This document shows, in pieces, positions 26,845-37,294 of a DNA stretch of 64,000 nucleotides. Each line of letters begins with the position of its first letter. Positions within the stretch are counted from its first letter, which is position 1. The translations under genes were made by a program, and so were the position numbers. The stretch is from Syntrophobacterales bacterium (lineage in GTDB: Bacteria; Desulfobacterota; BSN033; WVXP01; G020346125), in the NCBI GenBank assembly GCA_020346125.1, contig CP070774.1, positions 1,810,489-1,874,488 on the forward strand, in the 5' to 3' direction. Under the pieces are notes generated by a model. The model was not told the DNA's origin. It did no database searches and worked only from the letters and a program-made list of their open reading frames with translations.

Positions 26845-27538
26845 TCAAGCCAATCCTCGCTCCGGTGAAATATGGATTCCCCATAACAGGTAATCCCCTT
26901 TTATATTCTCCATCGACCTTAGAATATTCCCCATCGACCTTAGAATATTCCCCATGATCTTTGGATTTTTCGCCGATATGGCCTTCAGCATCTTCCTGAT
27001 CTCCCATCGTTTTGAGCGATGGATGCCTGGGCAACTGTTTTCCCATTTTGAAAAACCATTTTATGGGCCAGCCAGAGGATCTTCTCCTTAGGCAAAAAGG
27101 GGACCATGCTACTCATCTCACTACCATAAAACATATTCAGCAGGAGCGTCTCGATAACGTCGTCCCTTGTGTGGGCTAAAGCCACTTTATTGCATCCCAA
27201 TTGATGGGCCATTTCGAATAGCTTTGTGCGCCTCAACCGGGAGCAGGGGAAACATGGATTTTCCCTATTTTCAGCACCATGAGCAATCCACCCTATCTCG
27301 GCCACATCGATTCGATACCGGGATCCTCGACGTAAGAGGAAATCCTCAAGAGGTCGATACCCTTCTTGATCGAATCCCAAATGGATATGGAGGGCCACTA
27401 GTTCATAGGTGATGGGAACCCTCTTTTCCCGTTCGGCAACAGGTGCGAGAGGGTCAAACTGTCCACACCTCCGGAAACATCCACCCCAATACGATCTCCT
27501 TCTTCGATTTGCCGGTAGTGATGGATACCTCTTCCCAT
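26845..27538 (-). pseudogene. TtcA-family PP-loop ATPase (tRNA thiolation type), disrupted by two frameshifts
   Basis: My three-frame reading gives MGRGIHHYRQIEEGDRIGVDVSGGVDSLTLSHLL / AEREKRVPITYELVALHIHLGF...NPCFPCSRLRRTKLFEMAHQLGCNKVALAHTRDDVIETLLLNMFYG...ILWLAHKM / GFSKWENSCPGIHRSKRWEIRKMLKAISAKNPKIMGNILRSM... The frame changes near 27435 and 27055. Confidence 0.7.
26910..26951. repeat. Perfect 21-bp tandem duplication (2 copies)
   Basis: CCATCGACCTTAGAATATTCC occurs at 26910-26930 and again at 26931-26951, with partial similarity on both flanks. Confidence 0.9.
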
Positions 27539-27598
27539 CTTCCCGTTAACCTCTTCTTCTATAAGGCATTGCCCTTCTCGAAGATTGATAAACTCCCC

Positions 27599-28246
27599 TC
27601 ATAATCCCTCCAAGGGGCACCCGCCACAGCGAGGAATTCCGCGACACCAGTACTTTCCCAAAAAGACCAACAGGGCATGAAATTCATTGTACATTCCAAC
27701 GTCTCGGCCTAATTCTCCCATCACCATGCCCTGAACCTCCTCATAGCTCCATTTTTCGGAGATGAGGTTGTGTCTGAAAAAGATCCTCTTTGTATAGGCA
27801 TCAACGACGAAGATGGGTTTCCCCAGTGCATAGAGGATGATGCTATCGGCGGTCTCGGGGCCAATCCCATTGACCTTCAATAATCCCTCCCTCAAGGAGT
27901 CCAGATCCCGGGATCTCATCCGGTTCATATCACCATCGAACTCCTCGTAGAAGAAGTCAACGAATTGTTTAAGTCGATTTGCCTTTAATCGATAAAAACC
28001 CGATGGCTTGATAATCTGGGCCAGCTCATCCCGGTCAACACCTCTCATCCCCAGGGGGTTCAATATCCCCATCTTCTTCAAATTACTAATAGCCCTTTCC
28101 ACATTTGCCCAGGAGGTATTTTGGGTCAGTATGGCTCCCACGATAACCTCGAAGGGAGACTCACCTGGCCACCAATGGCGAGGTCCAAGCGCACGCAAAA
28201 GCCTCTCAAACATCTCAACCAGGATTTTTCCCTTTGACCCCATCAT
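27599..28246 (-). CDS. Endonuclease III-related HhH-GPD protein
   Basis: ILTQNTSWANVERAI, the HhH region VNGIGPETADSIILYAL and C-terminal cysteines CRGIPRCGGCP. Confidence 0.8.
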   Translation of the reverse strand: MMGSKGKILVEMFERLLRALGPRHWWPGESPFEVIVGAILTQNTSWANVERAISNLKKMGILNPLGMRGVDRDELAQIIKPSGFYRLKANRLKQFVDFFYEEFDGDMNRMRSRDLDSLREGLLKVNGIGPETADSIILYALGKPIFVVDAYTKRIFFRHNLISEKWSYEEVQGMVMGELGRDVGMYNEFHALLVFLGKYWCRGIPRCGGCPLEGL

Positions 28247-28370
28247 GCTTTCTCCCGCCTAAGCATAAAATATTGAGGGAAAAGCTGTCAAAAATTTTTC
28301 CAGTGATCTTTAGAAAACCTGGGAAAAAGGGCTCTGAGCGAGCTGGGGTTCTGCGGTGTTGTAGTGCTGC

Positions 28371-28640
28371 AGTCATACAAGAAATAAATCATAAATCGAT
28401 TCGGCCGTCTTCGACCCTGAGGACTTCGGCGTGAGCAGTTCGGCCTTGAGACATGTCGAGTCGCTCACTGCCGAAAGGCTTAGTCGAACGCTCAGACCCG
28501 AGGGGAGGGATTCGAGTGAGCCTCAGCCGCACTCCTCGCCGCGGGCCGAAGCACCAAATACTAAACGTTTTTGTCATTTGGTCATTTGAATTTATTTCGA
28601 ATTTAGAAATTAGTATTTGGAATTTAATTGTATTCACTCC
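28371..28640. repeat. Intergenic element with AT-rich inverted arms around a GC-rich, hairpin-rich core
   Basis: GAAATAAAT (28381-28389) is inverted at 28590-28598. The right arm has tandem GTCATTTG GTCATTTG followed by ATTTnGAAT-type units. The core (28400-28560) contains the dyad TTCGGCGTGAG...CTCACTGCCGAA. Confidence 0.5.
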
Positions 28641-28854
28641 TATACACAAATATTTTTAGCAGTGAAGAGAAACTTTTTTAAAATCTCTTTATAAAATCCT
28701 CCTATCGAGAGAGCGGCAGAGGAGTTTCCCGTTGAACTATCTCACTCTCAGGAGGATGAAAGAATTGCATAAGTGTTTCTTCGAAAACAAGGAACCTCCA
28801 GAACTGAAAATGATTGATTTCTCAATACATTGGAGATATTATTAAAATGAGTAT

Positions 28855-31005
28855 ATGATCAGGTTTAACGACATTTTGGAACAGGTTACCGCCTACAATC
28901 CCCAGGTGGATCTTGATTTCCTCAAGAAAGCCTATATCTTCTCCGCCAAGGTCCACAAGGGACAAGTTCGCCTCTCGGGAGAGCCCTACCTCATTCACCC
29001 CTTGGAAGTGGCAAATATCCTGGCAAGACTCCGGTTAGATACGGCCAGCGTGGTCACGGGATTACTGCACGACACCCTTGAAGATACCTTTGCCAGCCTG
29101 GAAGAGCTTCGGGAGAATTTCGGGGAGGAAGTAACTCAACTGGTGGATGGCGTCACCAAAATCAGCAAAATCACCCTCAAAACTTCGGAAGAGGATCAGG
29201 CCGAGAACTTTCGGAAAATGATCCTGGCTATGGTTAAGGATATCAGGGTGATTTTGGTGAAATTGGCGGATCGGATCCACAATATGCGCACCCTGAAATA
29301 CCAGCTCCCTTCTAAACAGAAGACAACCGCTCAGGAAACCCTAGAGATATATTCTCCTTTGGCCAATCGGCTCGGGATTGAGTGGATAAAAAAAGAATTG
29401 GAGGACCTCAGTTTCCGATATCTGCACCCCGATATCTATACTGATATCCAGCGAAGGATTGCAAAAAAAGAGAAGGAAAGGGAGAGGTATATCGAAGAGG
29501 TCAAGCGAATTATTACCAAGAAGCTCTTCGAATACAAGATCGAGGCCGAAGTGATGGGCCGCCCAAAGCAGATCTACAGTATTTATAAAAAGATGAACGC
29601 TCAGGATATCGACTTCGATCAGGTTTACGATCTCACCGCGTTCAGGGTTATCGTAAATACCGTCAAGCAATGTTATGAGGCCCTTGGGATCCTTCACTCA
29701 CTTTGGAAGCCCGTTCCCGGTAAATTCAAGGATTACATCGGCCTCCCCAAGGCCAATCGATACAAATCCCTCCATACCGCGGTAATCGGGCTTTACGGAG
29801 AGAGAATGGAGATTCAGATTCGGACCTCTGATATGCATCAGGTCGCCGAGGAGGGGATAGCTGCCCACTGGAAATACAAGGAGGAGAAATTCACCGAGGG
29901 CGAGGATGACAAGCGAATTACCTGGTTGAGACAGCTATTGGAATGGCAACGCGAGCTCCAAGACAACAGCGAATTCTTGGAGACGGTTAAAATGGACCTC
30001 TACCCCAATGATGTCTACGTTTTTACCCCCAAGGGGGAGGTAAAGGAGTTCCCAAGGGGAGCCACACCCATTGATTTCGCCTACAGTATCCATTCGGATG
30101 TCGGGCACCGGTGCATTGGAGCCAAGGTTGGCGGAAGGTTGGTCCCATTGAAGTATCAATTGAAAAGTGGAGATTCCGTGGAGATTCTGACTTCCCCGAA
30201 TCATAAACCCAGTAAGGATTGGCTGAAGTTCGTTAAGACTTCCAGGGCTAAAACCAAAATTCGACAATGGATTAAAAAGGAACAGAGGGAAAGAAGCATT
30301 GCCCTCGGAAGGGAGATATGTGAGAAGGAATTCCGGAGATTTAGCCTGAACTTCGCCAAGTTGGTTAAATCCGGTAAAATGGAGAAGGTAACCGATGATT
30401 TTGGTTTTCAAGCAGTAGACGATCTTATGGCCTCGGTGGGATACGGAAAAATCTCCTCCAAACAGATTGTCGGAAAGCTGGTTCCTCCCGAGGAATTGGA
30501 GGCAGGGGATAAGAAAAAGGAGAGCCGAATAGAGAAGATCATTCAGCTCGTGCAGAAGAAACCCCAAGATGCCATTAAAATCCAGGGCGTCGATGACATG
30601 ATGGTTCGGTTTGCGAGCTGTTGTAATCCCCTTCCGGGAGACAGAATAACGGGCTTTATCACCCGCGGAAGGGGGATAACCATTCATACCGTCGACTGTT
30701 CTAACGTCTTGAATAACGACCCCCAGAGAAAAGTAAAGGTCGAATGGGATTTACGACACAAGCACACTCACCCCGTCCGCATTCGTGTAATCTGCACGGA
30801 TCGAAAGGGATTGTTGGCCGACATTAGTTCCTCCATCACCTCCAACGAGGCCAATATCACCAACGCTCAACTCAATACAACCCAGGATAAAAGGGCCATT
30901 TGCACCTTTGCAGTCGAAATTAAAGACTTAAATCACCTGAGGAAAGTAATAGCTTCGCTGGAGAAAATAAAGGGGATCGTTACGGTTGAAAGGCTGAAGA
31001 TCTGA
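28855..31005 (+). CDS. rel: Bifunctional (p)ppGpp synthetase/hydrolase (RelA/SpoT homologue)
   Basis: HD hydrolase motif HDTLEDT, the synthetase region and the TGS and ACT regions, over 716 aa. Confidence 0.95.
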   Translation: MIRFNDILEQVTAYNPQVDLDFLKKAYIFSAKVHKGQVRLSGEPYLIHPLEVANILARLRLDTASVVTGLLHDTLEDTFASLEELRENFGEEVTQLVDGVTKISKITLKTSEEDQAENFRKMILAMVKDIRVILVKLADRIHNMRTLKYQLPSKQKTTAQETLEIYSPLANRLGIEWIKKELEDLSFRYLHPDIYTDIQRRIAKKEKERERYIEEVKRIITKKLFEYKIEAEVMGRPKQIYSIYKKMNAQDIDFDQVYDLTAFRVIVNTVKQCYEALGILHSLWKPVPGKFKDYIGLPKANRYKSLHTAVIGLYGERMEIQIRTSDMHQVAEEGIAAHWKYKEEKFTEGEDDKRITWLRQLLEWQRELQDNSEFLETVKMDLYPNDVYVFTPKGEVKEFPRGATPIDFAYSIHSDVGHRCIGAKVGGRLVPLKYQLKSGDSVEILTSPNHKPSKDWLKFVKTSRAKTKIRQWIKKEQRERSIALGREICEKEFRRFSLNFAKLVKSGKMEKVTDDFGFQAVDDLMASVGYGKISSKQIVGKLVPPEELEAGDKKKESRIEKIIQLVQKKPQDAIKIQGVDDMMVRFASCCNPLPGDRITGFITRGRGITIHTVDCSNVLNNDPQRKVKVEWDLRHKHTHPVRIRVICTDRKGLLADISSSITSNEANITNAQLNTTQDKRAICTFAVEIKDLNHLRKVIASLEKIKGIVTVERLKI

Positions 31006-31020
31006 AGGCCGGGAGGACCA

Positions 31021-31212
31021 TTAAACCACCTTGGCCACCTTACCAGAACGGATACAGCGGGTACAGACCCGCATCCTCACGACGTTATTATGCTTAAGCA
31101 CCTTCACCCTTTGGAGGTTCGGATACCAAACACGCCTTGTCTTATTGTTGGCATGGCTGACATTGTGGCCGTAAGAGGGACCTTTGCCGCAAATCTCGCA
31201 TACCCTAGACAT
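31021..31212 (-). CDS. rpmB: 50S ribosomal protein L28
   Basis: [34 protein letters not shown], canonical L28. Confidence 0.93.
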   Translation of the reverse strand: MSRVCEICGKGPSYGHNVSHANNKTRRVWYPNLQRVKVLKHNNVVRMRVCTRCIRSGKVAKVV

Positions 31213-31356
31213 AGTTCACCTCAATTAACCAATTAATGTACCCAAAAAATAACAACTTTGCAACCCATATACGCCCCTCATCTCCCGTTTGGCCTCATCG
31301 TCCCCCGGCCTTGTGATGATCCGCCGAGTAAAACTCCCTTACGGGGTAAGAAAAAT

Positions 31357-32799
31357 CTACCCAAAGCGCTTCGAAACCACCTCTGCCGCCTCTATGCCTG
31401 ATAGGATCTCCCCCTCGAAACCCAAATAGGGGAAATTCTCCCTGCTTGCAAGAAATAGTCCCTCCAAAGGGGTAACAATAGGGAGAATCTCATCTCCTAC
31501 TCGAAAAGACGATGGACCCCCGTATAAGATACCGCTATTGGTCCACTTACTATGATAGCGCTCTATAGAGGGTCGTCCATCGATCAGTCGAATCGATCTA
31601 TCAAGGAAGGGAGCAACCTCCAATAGGTGAATCAACATGTCCTCGATAACTCCTTTGATTCCATCCCTAGTCGATCTACCCGTGGTCACGGGGACGAGTG
31701 CATTGACCGTAACCGCCCTCTTCCCTGATGGAGCGCCGAACCCCTCGGATCCCACGAAAACCATCAAAAGATTCCCCATTTCATAGGGTGCGTCCAAATC
31801 ACGCAATGAGACGAAACAATCCCCCAGCCCTACGGGAATCCCCATGGCATCAATGCCAAGGTTTAGGGAAAGTATGAAATATTTGGGCCAAAGACGCTTA
31901 CCTTTTTCGGCCCATTTTCGTCCTAAAAAAGCCGTGGGAATGAGCCTTCTCAGTTGGCTGAAGGGGATATTTCCAATGAAAACCTTAGATGTTATGGGTT
32001 TTGTCTCCCCCTTCGTATAAATTTTGAATTCTCCTTGGGACGGTTCGATGCGAATTGTGCTAAAAGATTCAAGGGCGGTGATTCGTCCTCCCCCTCTCAG
32101 TACCTCCCCCTTAACCCTATCTATGAATCCCTGGGGGCCCATCATATCCGTGTAGACCTCATCCTGCATCAAGATGCCTATGAAATGGGACGCTAAGCTC
32201 AACGGGGAATCATCCACAAACAGATAGCTCATGCTCTTGATCTGAACATCAATGAATCGAGCGAAGGCCTTGTTTCCCTTCAGGGAAGCCAGAAAGGCAG
32301 ACAATGGTTTATCGGACAAGGCGTGATATGAATGAGCAAGCCACCTTCCAATCCGATCGATGACCGGTTGATCATCGCCTATAGCCATCATATTGTGGCG
32401 AATCCAATCCTTGTCCTGTAATTGTGAGTAGAAGGTTTCGATGAGAGCGAAGTTCCCGGAAAACTCCCTCCTCATCTGGGCCATAAGATCGGTCCGATCG
32501 GGGGATATATCGACCCTATGGCCGGGGAGAAGGATCTGGCATGTAAGGTCCCTTCTATGGGTAAATTCGCCATTGGGGAAAGGGAGGCCCAAAAGTTGAT
32601 AAAACCCCTCAACGATTGTCCTACTAACGAGGAACTCGGAAAGGTTGGAAAACCGTCGGAATCGATATTTCCCGTGAATGTAACCCGCCCTGGACTTCTC
32701 GTCCAATATGAGCACCGAAAATCCCTTCTTGGTAAGAAGAGCTCCCGCTAAAATGCCGCTAGCATTGGCACCCAGGATGACAACATCCCATCTTTTCAT
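31357..32799 (-). CDS. FAD/NAD(P)-binding oxidoreductase, phytoene-desaturase-like family
   Basis: N-terminal Rossmann segment DVVILGANASGILAGALLTKKGFSVLILDE, where the second Gly of GxGxxG is replaced by Asn. The 480-aa length is typical of COG1233-type proteins. Confidence 0.65.
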   Translation of the reverse strand: MKRWDVVILGANASGILAGALLTKKGFSVLILDEKSRAGYIHGKYRFRRFSNLSEFLVSRTIVEGFYQLLGLPFPNGEFTHRRDLTCQILLPGHRVDISPDRTDLMAQMRREFSGNFALIETFYSQLQDKDWIRHNMMAIGDDQPVIDRIGRWLAHSYHALSDKPLSAFLASLKGNKAFARFIDVQIKSMSYLFVDDSPLSLASHFIGILMQDEVYTDMMGPQGFIDRVKGEVLRGGGRITALESFSTIRIEPSQGEFKIYTKGETKPITSKVFIGNIPFSQLRRLIPTAFLGRKWAEKGKRLWPKYFILSLNLGIDAMGIPVGLGDCFVSLRDLDAPYEMGNLLMVFVGSEGFGAPSGKRAVTVNALVPVTTGRSTRDGIKGVIEDMLIHLLEVAPFLDRSIRLIDGRPSIERYHSKWTNSGILYGGPSSFRVGDEILPIVTPLEGLFLASRENFPYLGFEGEILSGIEAAEVVSKRFG

Positions 32800-32823
32800 C
32801 GGATCCCCTAATCCCTTTCCTCC

Positions 32824-33855
32824 TCAAATAAACTCCACCCTCTCCCCTTCCCCCTTTGCTTCGGATATCTCCCCGATCAGAAAAGCCCCTTCCCCCAATT
32901 CTCTCAGCCGAATCAAAACGCCCTCTACCTCCTCAGCTTTGATTATGAGGATCATTCCAATCCCATTGTTAAAGGTCCTCCACATCTCTTCTTCCGGAAT
33001 TCTGCCCTCCCTCTCCAGGAAGGAGAAGACGGGAGGAGCCTGCCAGCTTCCCTTTCGAAGGAAGGCTTTACAGTTGCGCGGCAAGATCCGAGGGAGGTTT
33101 CCCTTGATTCCCCCTCCCGTGATATGAGCAACCCCTCGAAGGTGAAACTCCTGTTTCAGGGTTAATACTGGATTGACATAGATTCGCGTTGGTTCCAAGA
33201 GTTCTTCCCCGATTGTCCGCCCCAACTCCTCAACCCAATCGTCCACACGAAGATTGAGCTGATCGAAGACGATCTTCCTCACCAAAGAAAATCCGTTGCT
33301 GTGGAGCCCGCTGGAAGCAAGTCCAATCAGCCTATCCCCCGGGCAAATCTCAGACCCGTCGATCATCTCCGTTTTATTGGCAATTCCAACGATGAAACCC
33401 ACTAAATCGTATTCTCCATTCACATAGAACCCGGGCATTTCCGCGGTCTCCCCTCCGATTAAGGAACACCCCGCCTCTTTACAACCTTTGACAATCCCCT
33501 CAATGACGGATACGGCCTTTCCCAAATCCAGTTTCCCCGTTGCGATATAATCCATAAAAAAGAGGGGCTGGGCTCCGCTGACGAGGATGTCATTGACACA
33601 CATGGCTACTAGATCGATTCCCACCGTATCATGTCGGTCGACCATGAAGGCAACTTTGAGCTTAGTTCCGACCCCATCCGTCGAAGCTACGAGGACGGTG
33701 TCTCGAAGACCTTCCAGGGAATAACGAGCGGTGAATCCTCCCAACTTTGTGAGGACCCGAGGACCGAACGTAGATTCAGCAAGGGATTTTATCCTCCTTA
33801 CAAACTCCTCCCCCAAATCCACGTCCACTCCCGCATCCTTATAAAGCATTGCCAT
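32824..33855 (-). CDS. purM: Phosphoribosylformylglycinamidine cyclo-ligase (AIR synthase)
   Basis: YKDAGVDVD, DGVGTKL, GGETAEMPG and NNGIGM. The start is set at ATG 33855 (MAMLYKDAGVDV). Confidence 0.93.
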   Translation of the reverse strand: MAMLYKDAGVDVDLGEEFVRRIKSLAESTFGPRVLTKLGGFTARYSLEGLRDTVLVASTDGVGTKLKVAFMVDRHDTVGIDLVAMCVNDILVSGAQPLFFMDYIATGKLDLGKAVSVIEGIVKGCKEAGCSLIGGETAEMPGFYVNGEYDLVGFIVGIANKTEMIDGSEICPGDRLIGLASSGLHSNGFSLVRKIVFDQLNLRVDDWVEELGRTIGEELLEPTRIYVNPVLTLKQEFHLRGVAHITGGGIKGNLPRILPRNCKAFLRKGSWQAPPVFSFLEREGRIPEEEMWRTFNNGIGMILIIKAEEVEGVLIRLRELGEGAFLIGEISEAKGEGERVEFI

Positions 33856-34248
33856 GTCCCTCCTGTAGACCTCCTTAAGGCATTGTTTTATGTGGCTCAA
33901 TCTTAGATAATCCCTTGCCCGATGTCAAATCATTTTAACTGCTTACTACCAACCCGTAACTATCTATCCCCCTGAACACCCTCAACGAACGTGAAGATGC
34001 AGTTTCGTCGAGTCACCATGTGTCGAGAGACTCAAGAATGATTCCAACAAGTAAAGCAGGGGGCTCCTGACCTTGGTAGGGAATATTGTTGTTCATACAG
34101 AATCCTATTGCAGATAAACCGATAATAAAAAAAGACCATTATAAACCATTCGTTGACATCCAAACCTCGAAAAACTTCAGACAAGCATGGTAATTGACTT
34201 TGTGAGGTATTTGTGATTAGTTTATTAATTTAAATTATGAGTGGTGAA

Positions 34249-35277
34249 ATGAATTTGGCAGATTTCCAGTACAGGCTTCCACATAGTCTAATCGCCCAGT
34301 ATCCATCGAGGGAAAGGGATCAATCCAGGCTGATGGTCCTCCATCGCGATACGGGTTCTATTGAGCACCGAACCTTTTGCGATTTAGCCGAGTATCTCAA
34401 TAGAGGTGATGTCCTCGTCGTCAACGACACGAAGGTGTTAAAGGCAAGACTTTTGGGGAACAAGAAAACCGGGGGAAAGGTTGAAGTCCTCATCACCGAA
34501 AGGGTGGGGGATCGAATATGGAAATGTATGGTCAAAAGGGCCAGATCCATAAGCTATGGCTCTAAGGTCTTGTTCGGTGATGGTTTAATTGGAAAGTTCC
34601 TCGGGAGGGATGAGAGTGGGAGCTGGAGAATCGAATTCCACTTTAAGGGGGATTTCTATGAGGCAATCGATGAATGGGGGCAGGTGCCATTACCCCCTTA
34701 CATCAAGAGGAAAAAAAACCTTCCTTTCGATGAGGAGCGCTATCAGACAATCTTCGCCACAGAACCGGGCTCCATTGCCGCTCCAACAGCTGGCTTACAC
34801 TTCACTCATACCCTTTTGCAGAAGGTAAGACAGAGGGATGTATCCGTCGTTTCCATTACCCTCCATGTAAATGCGGGGACCTTCCTCCCCATAAGGACGA
34901 AACGGGTAGAAGACCACAAAATGGCTCCCGAGTATTGTAAGATAGGGCCGCGGGCTGTTGAGGCCATCAATATGGCGAAGGGGAGGGGAGGGAAGATTAT
35001 AGCGGTGGGTACGACAACAACTCGATCGCTGGAATCCGCCGTCGATTCGAGGGGAAAAATTGTGCCCATTGCTGGGTATTCAGACCTCTTTATTCATCCC
35101 CCGTTTCGCTTCAGGATTGTGGACGCTCTGGTCACCAATTTCCATCTTCCGGGGACCACTCTCTTATTGTTAGTCTCGGCATTTGCTCCCGGGGAACTCA
35201 TCATGAAGGCTTATGAAGAGGCCATCAGAAAAGAATATCGCTTTTTCAGTTATGGGGACGGAATGCTGATCCTCTGA
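34249..35277 (+). CDS. queA: S-adenosylmethionine:tRNA ribosyltransferase-isomerase
   Basis: MNLADFQYRLPHSLIAQYP, AAPTAGLHFT and VGTTTTRSLES. An alternative ATG lies at 34237. Confidence 0.93.
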   Translation: MNLADFQYRLPHSLIAQYPSRERDQSRLMVLHRDTGSIEHRTFCDLAEYLNRGDVLVVNDTKVLKARLLGNKKTGGKVEVLITERVGDRIWKCMVKRARSISYGSKVLFGDGLIGKFLGRDESGSWRIEFHFKGDFYEAIDEWGQVPLPPYIKRKKNLPFDEERYQTIFATEPGSIAAPTAGLHFTHTLLQKVRQRDVSVVSITLHVNAGTFLPIRTKRVEDHKMAPEYCKIGPRAVEAINMAKGRGGKIIAVGTTTTRSLESAVDSRGKIVPIAGYSDLFIHPPFRFRIVDALVTNFHLPGTTLLLLVSAFAPGELIMKAYEEAIRKEYRFFSYGDGMLIL

Positions 35278-35348
35278 ATGGAAATGAAAGGATTTAGGCC
35301 TCAAGGGGGCCAGAGTCTTTTTGGTTGCCAAGGATTGATCTGGGGTAA

Positions 35349-36470
<1,122 letters not shown>

Positions 36471-36535
36471 TGGGAAACCCTCGGCTGAGTGGCTTTTCAT
36501 CGACATTGCCGTCAACACATAAATAGGAGGTAATT

Positions 36536-36862
36536 ATGTTCGATCAAATCGCCTATGCAATGGGTGCCCCTGGACAGGGGGGCCAAACAGGGTTTGGGAT
36601 GTTCATTCCCCTCATCCTCCTCTTCGCAATATTCTATTTCCTCCTCATTCGACCTCAACAAAAGAGGCAAAGGGAGCATAGGGAATTGCTGACTCATCTG
36701 AGAAAGGGCGATCAGGTAATTACGACAGGGGGGCTTTATGGTAGAATTACCGGATTGACCGATACGGTTGTCACGTTGGAGATAACCGAAAAGGTGAGGG
36801 TCAAGGTGGCCAGAAACCAAATATCAACCAAACTCCTTTCGCAACCCGATCGCTCCAAATAG
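36536..36862 (+). CDS. yajC: Preprotein translocase subunit YajC
   Basis: LIRPQQKRQREHRELLTHLRKGDQVITTGGLYGRI. It follows tgt, as in many bacteria. Confidence 0.9.
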   Translation: MFDQIAYAMGAPGQGGQTGFGMFIPLILLFAIFYFLLIRPQQKRQREHRELLTHLRKGDQVITTGGLYGRITGLTDTVVTLEITEKVRVKVARNQISTKLLSQPDRSK

Positions 36863-36907
36863 AGGTCTTCCCTTCAACGGCTCAAGCGAATGGAAAGGAG
36901 ATCGTCC

Positions 36908-37294
36908 ATGAGAACCTATGAAACCATCTTCATCGCCCATCCAGATTTGGTTGAAGATGAGGTGAAACCCCTGATTGAAAAGATGAAGGGGATTATCGAA
37001 AATATGAACGGCCAGTTGATCAAAGTGGAGGAATGGGGCCGGAGAAAGCTGGCTTACAAACTCAAGAAGTCGACCAGGGGCTATTACATCCTCATCCGCT
37101 TCTTGGGAAATGGCCAAGTCCTCGACGAGATCGAAAGAAACCTTCGCCTTTCGGACGGTGTCCTGAAATACCAATCGGTCAGGGTGGATGAAAAAGCTCC
37201 AGAGGAGGCACAGCCCCTGGTTAAAGAATCCCAGGAAGGCGGAGGAACCGAATTCGGTGAGGGCGATGTGAACGAGAAAGAGGTGGAAAGTTAG
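36908..37294 (+). CDS. rpsF: 30S ribosomal protein S6
   Basis: MRTYETIFIAHPDL...WGRRKLAYKLKKSTRGYY with an acidic C-terminus. The start is at ATG 36908 after AAGGAG. Confidence 0.93.
   Translation: MRTYETIFIAHPDLVEDEVKPLIEKMKGIIENMNGQLIKVEEWGRRKLAYKLKKSTRGYYILIRFLGNGQVLDEIERNLRLSDGVLKYQSVRVDEKAPEEAQPLVKESQEGGGTEFGEGDVNEKEVES

Noticed and set aside
26902-26958. Tandem repeat considered as a possible mini CRISPR array
   Set aside because: There are only two directly abutting 21-bp copies with no spacers. They lie in frame inside a coding remnant, and no cas genes occur anywhere in the window.
28742-28757. 16-nt identity TCACTCTCAGGAGGAT shared with 62094-62109 (the IclR 5' UTR), and a 30-codon ORF starting at the ATG that directly follows AGGAGG upstream of rel
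   Set aside because: About one exact 16-mer repeat is expected by chance in 64 kb, and the match is largely a Shine-Dalgarno sequence. The SD-to-ATG spacing of 0 nt argues against translation of the micro-ORF.
29935-30687. 250-aa minus ORF inside rel, and other long antisense ORFs (41970..42662 and 42819..43430 inside abfD; 19314..19958 inside topA; 52735..53231 inside leuS)
   Set aside because: All are antisense to strongly supported conserved genes, and none has a recognisable motif or start context.
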